Shown here piece by piece: positions 29,965 through 38,079 of a stretch of DNA of 64,000 bases. Source of the stretch: Treponema sp. (GTDB taxonomy: Bacteria > Spirochaetota > Spirochaetia > Treponematales > Treponemataceae); assembly GCA_023231445.1 (NCBI GenBank), contig JALNVF010000002.1, positions 481 through 64,480 of the forward strand, written 5' to 3'. The first letter of the stretch is position 1. Each line of letters opens with the position of its first letter. The translations under genes and the position numbers were made by a program. Below the pieces are notes generated by a model. It was not told the DNA's origin and searched no databases. It worked only from the letters and a program-made list of their open reading frames with translations.

Positions 29965-30384
29965 ATGGATATAGCGAAAGCGCAGCTGAAAGAATTGTAT
30001 GAAGCTGCTGTATGTGCATCAAAAAATTCGTATTCACCATATTCCCATTTTCCCGTCGGAGCAGCACTTTTAATGCCTGACGGATCAATCATCAGTGGTG
30101 CGAATATAGAAAACCGTTCATTCGGGCTTACAAACTGTGCAGAACGAACCGCAGTCTTTACTGCAGCTGCGGCCGGGTGGCGGACTTTCTGTGCTCTTGC
30201 CGTTGCAACGCCGGAATCTGATTATCCTGTCGGACCATGCGGCGCATGCCGTCAGGTTCTTACAGAGTTTGCTCCGGCAGAAACTCCTGTTTTATTCGGA
30301 CCTCAATGGGATACTGTCGTACGCACGACGCTTGGGGAGTTATATCCATATGACAGTCTTCATGAACTTGCAGCTGACAATTGA
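29965..30384 (+). CDS. cdd: Cytidine deaminase (homotetrameric type)
   Basis: SYSPYSHFPVGAAL, GANIEN, CAERTA, PCGACRQV. Start placed at ATG 29965 after GAGG. Confidence 0.95.
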   Translation: MDIAKAQLKELYEAAVCASKNSYSPYSHFPVGAALLMPDGSIISGANIENRSFGLTNCAERTAVFTAAAAGWRTFCALAVATPESDYPVGPCGACRQVLTEFAPAETPVLFGPQWDTVVRTTLGELYPYDSLHELAADN

Positions 30385-30489
30385 TAATTATAACCCGGGA
30401 CTGGTGTACTGTAATTATTGACAAAATACCGCAAAGTATGCAAAATAAAGTATCGTTTGCAGATTGAAAATGGGAGCTTTTTTTAAATT

Positions 30490-31140
30490 ATGGAAGACAA
30501 TATTCTCACTATTGAAGAAGTAGCAAATTACCTTCGCGTTTCGGACCGGACTGTATATGACTGGGCCCAGAAAGGGGAAATTCCTGCCGGCAAAATCGGA
30601 ACCGTCTGGCGGTTCAAGAAGTCAGAAGTAGAGAAATGGGTAAATGAGAGGCTTTCTTCAGGAGCGCTGAATCAGACGGATGTCACTCCCGTGCAGGTAA
30701 AAAATATCCTTTCCCCTGACCGTGTTGTTTTTATAAAGCAGTCATCAAAGCATGATGCACTTGTTGAACTTGCTGATACACTTTCCACCGCACCTCAGGT
30801 AAAACATGCAGGAGAACTTGTTACAGAGATTCTTAAACGGGAGGAACTGATGTCGACGGCAATAGGCCGCGGTATCGCGATTCCTCATGTCCGTCTTTCG
30901 TCTGTAACTGATCTGGTAATGGCTGTGGGTGTGTGCCATACCCCGGTTACTGATTTTCAGACTATAGATGATGTACCGGTAAATCTTTTGTTCATGATTG
31001 CAGCCGCATATAATCAGCATTCGTATTATCTCAAAACACTTTCTTATTTCAGTGCGAAACTTAAGAAAAAAGAACTTCGTGACAGCATTATAGCTGCGGA
31101 GACGCCGAAGGATGTTTATAATCAGCTTCTACAGGCTTGA
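30490..31140 (+). CDS. Excisionase-like HTH fused to a PTS EIIA (Ntr/Fru type) domain
   Basis: LTIEEVANYLRVSDRTVYDWAQKGEIPAGKIGTVWRF (HTH_17-like); REELMSTAIGRGIAIPH (phospho-His). Confidence 0.9.
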   Translation: MEDNILTIEEVANYLRVSDRTVYDWAQKGEIPAGKIGTVWRFKKSEVEKWVNERLSSGALNQTDVTPVQVKNILSPDRVVFIKQSSKHDALVELADTLSTAPQVKHAGELVTEILKREELMSTAIGRGIAIPHVRLSSVTDLVMAVGVCHTPVTDFQTIDDVPVNLLFMIAAAYNQHSYYLKTLSYFSAKLKKKELRDSIIAAETPKDVYNQLLQA

Positions 31141-31148
31141 TGAACCCG

Positions 31149-31955
31149 CTATGTCAGCTGCTCTAACGAGTAGCGTGTCAGATTAAGAAACTGCCGTCTC
31201 AAAATCGGATTATAATTTATTTCTTCCGCAGATTTATCAAACTGTTTTCCCGCCGTATCGACGAGAAAGCTGATATCTTTTGAGGAAAGCGGTAAATGAG
31301 TGCCTATGAGTCTGTTTTCGAGCTCAAGACTTCTGAATGTAACAGGTCCTGCAAATGCAAGCTTTATATTTGTTATCATTCTTTTGTCGTTATCAGCAAG
31401 AAACGCAAATGATGCACTCGTATCTGTTATTTTATGTTCCGGTCCCAGCCTGCGGAATACAGAAATATCCCAGTCGTTAAGGGGAATGCGGATGTTCGAC
31501 AGAATAAATCCCTGAGGAACACCGGTAAAATTCGGCAGAGGTACGTACAGCGTTTCGACCGGACTGCGCAGTTCAAGATGCGTGTCAAGAGCGAGTAATG
31601 AGGCATACAGCGAAAGTTTTATACCGGGAGCGCATATGTTTCCGCCTATGGTAGCGATGTTGCGGACTATCGGATTCGCAACGCTCTGTACTGCATCAAG
31701 GAATATATCAGGAACACGGGAACGACCGAGCGTAAGAATATCGGAAAGAACAACACCCGGACCGCAGTCAAGATATCGTTCGTGTTTTGTTATTACAGCA
31801 AGATCCTGAATCCCCCGTATTGAAATCGCTTTATCAGGAACCGTCTCAATCCGCGTACACCCTCCCACGATTTGCAGACCTGAAACAGACTTGAGTTGAT
31901 AGAAGAGTTCTGAAATAGTTTTTGCAAAGAAGAATGTGTGCTCAGTTTTTAGCAT
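31149..31955 (-). CDS. XDH/CODH-family FAD-binding (medium) subunit homologue
   Basis: IVGGCT, RNIATIGGNI, ALDTHLEL, IKLAFAGP. ATG 31955 overlaps the upstream gene's stop region. Confidence 0.8.
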   Translation of the reverse strand: MLKTEHTFFFAKTISELFYQLKSVSGLQIVGGCTRIETVPDKAISIRGIQDLAVITKHERYLDCGPGVVLSDILTLGRSRVPDIFLDAVQSVANPIVRNIATIGGNICAPGIKLSLYASLLALDTHLELRSPVETLYVPLPNFTGVPQGFILSNIRIPLNDWDISVFRRLGPEHKITDTSASFAFLADNDKRMITNIKLAFAGPVTFRSLELENRLIGTHLPLSSKDISFLVDTAGKQFDKSAEEINYNPILRRQFLNLTRYSLEQLT

Positions 31956-32433
31956 TTTTCTGCACCCCCATGCGGTGTACCCTGAAATCGAATGCATATA
32001 ATATACCGTTAATTAGAGTGTCTGTGTTCGTACAGCACGGTGACAGATGATTGACCTCTTCATAAATCATCCGCCTGTCCGGTTTCATGGATGTGTTTAA
32101 AATATGCCACGCCGAAAAAACTTTTCCTGCGTTGCAGTAGCCGCACATATTTATACCGGCTTTTTTAAAACCGTTTATGATATCCTGGTAATCTTCCTGT
32201 TTTGAAAAATATTCGAGTGTTATTATGGTAGAATCTCGAGAAAGCGCTACAGGAATAATGCAGCTTGGTACAGGTTTTCCGTCCAGAAGTACGGTACACG
32301 CTCCGCACCGGCCTTCGCTGCATCCGCACTTTACTGAAAGCAGGTTCAGGCGGCGGAGAACATTGAGCAGTCTGTCGTTGGGTTCTGATTCAAGAACTAT
32401 TTTTGCATTGTTAAGTGTTACCGGAATTTTCAT
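31942..32433 (-). CDS. XDH/CODH-family [2Fe-2S] (small) subunit homologue
   Basis: KCGCSEGRCGACTVLLDG...SC; second cluster MCGYC...PCC. ATGA overlap with the large-subunit stop. Confidence 0.9.
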   Translation of the reverse strand: MKIPVTLNNAKIVLESEPNDRLLNVLRRLNLLSVKCGCSEGRCGACTVLLDGKPVPSCIIPVALSRDSTIITLEYFSKQEDYQDIINGFKKAGINMCGYCNAGKVFSAWHILNTSMKPDRRMIYEEVNHLSPCCTNTDTLINGILYAFDFRVHRMGVQKNAKN

Positions 32434-34682
32434 GCAGTATCTCCCTGCGAATAGATTGTTTCTGCCGTACACGGCAGGCTGCATATACGTGCACTCAGTG
32501 CCTGTGAAAGCGCTGATGAAAATGCGGCCGGAACGGTATTATGGACAATTTCACCGATCTGTCCCGGATTGTCTTCTGATTGTATGAAGGAAATATGAAG
32601 ACCGTCACAGACGATTGTTTCATCGGCAACAAGCTGGCTGAGTTCCTGCTGTATAGACAGACGGAGTGTGTTTTCTATTGCATGTAAGGAAAATATCCTG
32701 CCGCAGTCTACGGTAAGCCAGATTCCTTTGATCCGTTCTTTATATGTGTACGGATCAAGTTCTATTTCGACAACTGCGGCACCAAAGGAAGTCGTATGAA
32801 ACGGAATACCCCTGAAATCAGATTTATTCCACTGTTTTTTCATTGACGGGCCAAGTCCTTTTTTTACTGTTAGAGGCAGTTGTGTTTTTTCACGTTTTTT
32901 TGCAATCTCAAGACTGCACTGAGTGAGAAGGTGCGTCATTATACTGATGTTGCTGTAAATATTGTCGGGCAGCGGCATTACGTCATTTATTTCCATGTCG
33001 GGGGTGATTTTTACAGCGGACGGCGGAAGTTTCAGAATGGCTGACACCGTCTTTATCCAGATTTCTGAAATCGACGGGGAGGGTACCAGCGAATGTATTG
33101 TCACCGCATTGTCGGATTCCAGTGTGACTGCAATTTTCTGACTGCCTGAAAAAATATCGTTCCCGAAATAACCGGAACCGTCAAAGGCACAGGTAAGTCC
33201 GATACCGCGGATCGGCAGTGCAAAGAAAGTGTCTTCGGAATTACGATGCTGTTTTGCGTCAATACGGAATGTTGTATATTTACGGTTAAAATCACTCATC
33301 GCAATAACATTATTGAGTACACTTTCTGCTTTTTCCGTATGGAAAATAAAGGGCATTTTTATGTTCTTTTGATTTGAACAGATGTTTTTAAGGCGGATGT
33401 CGGCGGGCAGAATATTAGTCTCTTCGGCAATAAGCTGCAGGTGATTTTCAGCGGCAAAAAAAGCCTGGGAATCAATCATTTCAGGAAAAATTGATGTCGG
33501 CGGGTTTGTTGATGTTACCGCTTTCGCGGTAATACAGATATTCGGGATGTCATAAATATTACAGACAGCAATAACGAGTCTGTCCAGAATTTCCTGTGCG
33601 AACGGGTTGCATGATCCGACATCAATTGTTATGTCCGCCTTTACAGCTGTAATAGAACCGTCTTTCATAACAGCTGTACGGTAATGAATCTTTGCAGGAA
33701 CTCCGGATTTCATAAATTTCTGATGTTCATCACGTGAAAGCGTAAGTTTTACAGGCTTCCCGGTAAGATATGCGGCGACGGCTGTCTGTATTGCAAGCGT
33801 TGCATTCCGCCATATACCGTTTGCATCATGTCCGCTTGAATTAGTTTCTCTGATGAATATTTTTTCGTTGTCAAGATTGAGCGAAACTGACACAGCTTTC
33901 CGCAGGTAATTCGGCCACTGCGTCGGAGTGAAAATATTCATAATGCCGTTTTCCATAAAGCAGAACGCGCCGTTTGTTTCAGTCCATGACGGTTGTTCTG
34001 TATCCTGTACCCATGTTTCCGATATGTCAAAGTCTGCTGATTTGAATACTGATTCATATACGTTCGGTGCATCATCCGAGAACAGTCCTGTTTTTACAAT
34101 ACGCTGTGCGATTACGGCTCCGGTATTTTCGCTCTGCGACGGAATCCGGGGTTCTGCAGTAATCGCTGCAGGAGGTTGAACAACAAATGACGGATCAAGA
34201 TTCATTGCTTTTGTAATTTCCAGAATCTGTTTTGCATCCGGCTTTTGTTCAGTATCAGGAAGTTTGATTACCGGATGAGTATATTTTTTTGCAACAGACT
34301 CAAGCGCTGATTCCAGTGTTGAACTGTCAAATGTAACTTCTATTTCAGACGTCAGTTCGTATACCTGCGATTCGTCCGGTCCTGCGACGATTCCGATCGG
34401 TTCTCCGAAATAAGAAACACGGTCAGCGCAGAATACCGGAGTGTCGGCGTTCTGTGTACGCACCGTATTGCGTCCGGGAATATCACGCGCAGTAAAAAGA
34501 AAATAACCGTCGGGCATCTGCGGTATGGAAATATTCGTGATAATTCCTGATGCTGCAGGGCTCCGTATAAGTGCCGCATACAGCATACCCTGCCTGCTGC
34601 AGTCAGTATAATAATCAAGAGCCTGAAGAGTTGTGCGTGCTGTTTTTTGTGAACGGACACTTTTTGTACTGCTCTTAGGCAT
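32430..34682 (-). CDS. XDH-family large subunit homologue with degenerate molybdopterin-binding motifs
   Basis: Hammerhead domain (MLYAALIRSP, TARDIPGRN, GEPIGIV), TGKPVKL, RGIG, GAAVVEIELD, DCG, GQIGE. Confidence 0.82.
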   Translation of the reverse strand: MPKSSTKSVRSQKTARTTLQALDYYTDCSRQGMLYAALIRSPAASGIITNISIPQMPDGYFLFTARDIPGRNTVRTQNADTPVFCADRVSYFGEPIGIVAGPDESQVYELTSEIEVTFDSSTLESALESVAKKYTHPVIKLPDTEQKPDAKQILEITKAMNLDPSFVVQPPAAITAEPRIPSQSENTGAVIAQRIVKTGLFSDDAPNVYESVFKSADFDISETWVQDTEQPSWTETNGAFCFMENGIMNIFTPTQWPNYLRKAVSVSLNLDNEKIFIRETNSSGHDANGIWRNATLAIQTAVAAYLTGKPVKLTLSRDEHQKFMKSGVPAKIHYRTAVMKDGSITAVKADITIDVGSCNPFAQEILDRLVIAVCNIYDIPNICITAKAVTSTNPPTSIFPEMIDSQAFFAAENHLQLIAEETNILPADIRLKNICSNQKNIKMPFIFHTEKAESVLNNVIAMSDFNRKYTTFRIDAKQHRNSEDTFFALPIRGIGLTCAFDGSGYFGNDIFSGSQKIAVTLESDNAVTIHSLVPSPSISEIWIKTVSAILKLPPSAVKITPDMEINDVMPLPDNIYSNISIMTHLLTQCSLEIAKKREKTQLPLTVKKGLGPSMKKQWNKSDFRGIPFHTTSFGAAVVEIELDPYTYKERIKGIWLTVDCGRIFSLHAIENTLRLSIQQELSQLVADETIVCDGLHISFIQSEDNPGQIGEIVHNTVPAAFSSALSQALSARICSLPCTAETIYSQGDTA

Positions 34683-35910
34683 GATATGTTTCTCCTGTCT
34701 CCTTTACCGCCTGTATTACTTCGTCTGCCATGTCGTCTGTCATTCCGGGCCACAGAGGAATTGATATTGTTTCAGTATACTGTTTTTCTGCGTTCGGATA
34801 GTTTTGTGCAGTAAAATCAGGATACAGCTTTTTCCAGTACGTGAACCGGAAAAGCGGAATAAAGTGGACAGAAATGCCGATTCCTTTCTTCTGCAGTTTT
34901 TTTGCGAAATCATCCCGGTTTATGGTGAGTTTTTCCGGTTTAATGCGCAGAAGATACAGATGCCATGCGTTTCCCGTACCGTCCGGCGGCAGTGTCACAA
35001 AATCAAATCCGCTGAATGCCTTATTATATTTACTGACGATTTTTATACGTTCCTCATAAAATGTATCCGCTTTTTTGAGCTGCTCCACACCTATTGCTGC
35101 AAGTATGTCAGGCAGATTGAATTTGTATCCGGGCTCTATGATGTCATACTCCCATGATGCACGCGGAGACGTGTAACGGTCCCATGTTGTCCGGTCCATA
35201 CCGTGCATGCGCATAACCTGTATGCGTTTTGCAAGAGAGGAATCACGGACACATACCATGCCGCCTTCTCCTGTCGTGATTGTTTTCGTCACATAGAACG
35301 AAAACACACCTGCATCTCCTATTGAACCCGCATATCCGAGCGGTGTACAGGAAGGGAACGCGTGGGCCGCATCCTCAATTACTTTTACTCCGTATTTTTT
35401 TGCAAGTGCGCATATTTTTTCCATATTGCATATGTTGCCTGCAACATGTACCGGAATAACGGCGCGTACTTTATGAGCAGTGTCGCTTTTCAGTATGTTT
35501 TCGACTTTCTGTACATCAATACTGTACGAATTCTTTTCGATATCCGCAAAATAAACATCCGCACCCAGATGACGCGCACATGTTGCCGTTGAGACGAATG
35601 TATACGGTGTCGTTATTACGGCCGTTCCGGGGCGTACTCCGCATGCGTCCATCGCAAGAATCATGCCGCTTGTATTACTATTAACTGCGAAACTCACTGC
35701 CGGTGTCGTGTCCAGTCCTTTATTTTTGCGTTCGGTTATAATTTTATCAGACACGTCGTTTATTTTTTCCGAAAAATCTTTTTCAAACTGCAGGGCATAT
35801 CTTCCTGTCGTGAGCCAGCCGGAGCGGAGTACAGACAGAACTGCGTTTTCTTCCTCAGGGCCGATCGACGGACGCGAGAAAGCAACTTTGAGAGAATCAC
35901 AGTCAGCCAT
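34675..35910 (-). CDS. DegT/DnrJ-family sugar aminotransferase (intact PLP lysine)
   Basis: SGWLTTG, NSNTSGM, IEDAAHA, FSFYVTKTITTGEGG, GYKFNL, AWHLY, SIPLWP. Confidence 0.95.
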   Translation of the reverse strand: MADCDSLKVAFSRPSIGPEEENAVLSVLRSGWLTTGRYALQFEKDFSEKINDVSDKIITERKNKGLDTTPAVSFAVNSNTSGMILAMDACGVRPGTAVITTPYTFVSTATCARHLGADVYFADIEKNSYSIDVQKVENILKSDTAHKVRAVIPVHVAGNICNMEKICALAKKYGVKVIEDAAHAFPSCTPLGYAGSIGDAGVFSFYVTKTITTGEGGMVCVRDSSLAKRIQVMRMHGMDRTTWDRYTSPRASWEYDIIEPGYKFNLPDILAAIGVEQLKKADTFYEERIKIVSKYNKAFSGFDFVTLPPDGTGNAWHLYLLRIKPEKLTINRDDFAKKLQKKGIGISVHFIPLFRFTYWKKLYPDFTAQNYPNAEKQYTETISIPLWPGMTDDMADEVIQAVKETGETYHA

Positions 35911-37457
35911 TATTGAATTTCTCCTTCATATACAGCAGTTTTTGCATAGAAATCTGCAAGCGACGGCACTTCGTCTGAAAGCACCGAAATAAGATAATGA
36001 CGGTTGCGGAATTTATCCGGATCAATATCTATGTTTTCACCCCCGATACATACTGGCCGCAGTTTTTCAAGCAGCATGCCGAGACGGCTGTCTGTATACG
36101 GCATGTTTTTAAGCTGGAGAATTTTTTCGTACGACGTTTTCTGCGGGGCTTCTTCAGGGAGCCACAGCGGTTCCACGCTGCGTTCACCTTTTCGTGTACC
36201 GATAAATTTTATGTCAATGTCTTTATACGGTTCAAATCCGCTGAATCGTATTATCTGTTCGGCGATATCGACAATTTTTACCGGAGTCCCCATATCAAGC
36301 AGGTATGAAGAACCGTTCGTACCGACACCACCGGTGCGCAGAACAAGCGAGCATGCTTCGGGAATTGTCATAAAAAAACGTTCCATGCGGGGATCTGTGA
36401 CAGTTAAAGGGCCTCCGTTTTTTATCTGTTCCATAAAGAGGGGAAGAATCGATCCCCGGGATCCCAGAACGTTGCCGAACCGTACAAACATGAAAGCGTT
36501 GTCGTCCTGTGCTTTTTCCGCGTACGCAAGAACAAGCTTTTCACAAAGCATCTTTGATACTCCGTATACCGAAACAGGTGCAACAGCTTTGTCGGTGGAA
36601 ATAAGCACAAACCGGTGTACATTGTGTGCGATACACGCATCAAGAATGTTTTTTGTGCCAAATACATTGTTTTCGATCGCAGCGACCGGATTTTCCTCCA
36701 TCATGGGAACGTGTTTATACGCTGCACAGTGAAAAACAATATCGCAGTGCGTGTGAGAGATAATATAGTCGGTATAAGCCCTGTCTTTCATGTCGCCGAT
36801 GATCGGAACTATCGAAGCTTTTTCACCAACACCTTCTTTTTGAAGCAGCCGGAGTTCCCTGTCGATCTGATAGATTGAGTTTTCTCCGTGACCAAAAAGA
36901 TAGAGACGCTCTGCACCTCCCGAGAGGAGCTGGCGGGCAAGTTCCGAGCCGATCGATCCTCCTGCTCCGGTAATAAAGACGCGCTTTCCCCTCAGATAAG
37001 AAAGACTTTCCTTGAGAGAAATTGTAACAGGGGTACGGCCAAGAATATCAAGCGGATCAATTTCACGGGCCTGAACAAGATGTGCAGTTCCGTTTACGAC
37101 CTGACTTATCCCCGGCAGTATCTTTATGTGTGCAAAACCTCCTGCCTTGAGAATTTCATATATTTCCTTTATACGTTCTGTCGGTGCACTTGGAATAGCG
37201 ATTATCGCCTCGTCGTCTTCTGTACAGGATAAAAGTGATGCAATGTTGTCTATCGGGCCTATGACCGGTATTCCGTCGAATTCCTGGCCGATAAGCGCCT
37301 TGTCGTCGTCGAGAAAAGCCGAAACAGTACCGAATATCTTTTTCCGTTTTATATCATCGGCGATTGATATGCCGGCGAAACCGGCGCCTATGATATAAAG
37401 GTGTTTTTGGTTTTTATTCACATTTTTTACTATATCATACAGAATATGTTTCTTCAA
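35910..37457 (-). CDS. CapD/PglF-family UDP-sugar 4,6-dehydratase without N-terminal membrane domain
   Basis: ITGAGGSIGSEL, HCAAYKHVP, STDKAV, YGVSK, RFGNVLGSRGS, RFFMTIPEA. Confidence 0.93.
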   Translation of the reverse strand: MKKHILYDIVKNVNKNQKHLYIIGAGFAGISIADDIKRKKIFGTVSAFLDDDKALIGQEFDGIPVIGPIDNIASLLSCTEDDEAIIAIPSAPTERIKEIYEILKAGGFAHIKILPGISQVVNGTAHLVQAREIDPLDILGRTPVTISLKESLSYLRGKRVFITGAGGSIGSELARQLLSGGAERLYLFGHGENSIYQIDRELRLLQKEGVGEKASIVPIIGDMKDRAYTDYIISHTHCDIVFHCAAYKHVPMMEENPVAAIENNVFGTKNILDACIAHNVHRFVLISTDKAVAPVSVYGVSKMLCEKLVLAYAEKAQDDNAFMFVRFGNVLGSRGSILPLFMEQIKNGGPLTVTDPRMERFFMTIPEACSLVLRTGGVGTNGSSYLLDMGTPVKIVDIAEQIIRFSGFEPYKDIDIKFIGTRKGERSVEPLWLPEEAPQKTSYEKILQLKNMPYTDSRLGMLLEKLRPVCIGGENIDIDPDKFRNRHYLISVLSDEVPSLADFYAKTAVYEGEIQ

Positions 37458-37492
37458 TTGAAACAGTAATCAGCTGTTCAGATAAAAAAGAC

Positions 37493-37520
37493 TAAACACT
37501 CTTTTCCTTTAAGCCGATGA
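37493..37520 (+). promoter_or_regulatory. Candidate sigma28 promoter
   Basis: TAAA(37493-37496)-N16-GCCGATGA(37513-37520). Confidence 0.55.
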
Positions 37521-37554
37521 TCAGTAAGATAGAAATTGATTCGCGGGGTCAATT

Positions 37555-38067
37555 ATGGGGAAAAAACGGTTCTTTGCCGTAATACTGGTACTTTTGTGCA
37601 TGTTTTCCGGCTGGAGTGCAGAGTTGTCTTTCCAGATTGTTCAGCATGACAATGTGCAGGAAAAAGTATGTGAGCAGACTCTTGTTATAGAAGATGAAAT
37701 GCTCGATTATTTTTTCAGCAAAGGAAATATTGTGACGAATGAACCGGCGGTGTCTGTAAAAGACGGCGGAGACGAGGCAGTATGGAAGACTGCATTTGCC
37801 GGTGCTGCGGCAGGAGGATCCCGGTATTTCGTTCAGCTTCGTCTGTATTACGATACAGCAGCATCAACGAATCCTGAAGCGGTTTCGCTCAGTAATATTG
37901 ATTATGTGACATGGACGATAACCGACGTCCAGTCAGGAAAGACACTTTCCGATATGAAAGCAATGGTGGATAAACCGGCATCCGGTCAGGATGATGCTGA
38001 CAGTGTAAGAGAATATGCCGCAGAAATTGCGGAGCAGATACAGAAAACCTTGGAAGTAAATTCATAA
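37555..38067 (+). CDS. Hypothetical exported protein
   Basis: 170 aa with a signal peptide ending WSA; lies 12 nt upstream of the SPOR gene. Confidence 0.8.
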   Translation: MGKKRFFAVILVLLCMFSGWSAELSFQIVQHDNVQEKVCEQTLVIEDEMLDYFFSKGNIVTNEPAVSVKDGGDEAVWKTAFAGAAAGGSRYFVQLRLYYDTAASTNPEAVSLSNIDYVTWTITDVQSGKTLSDMKAMVDKPASGQDDADSVREYAAEIAEQIQKTLEVNS

Positions 38068-38079
38068 AGGAAGGGAAAT

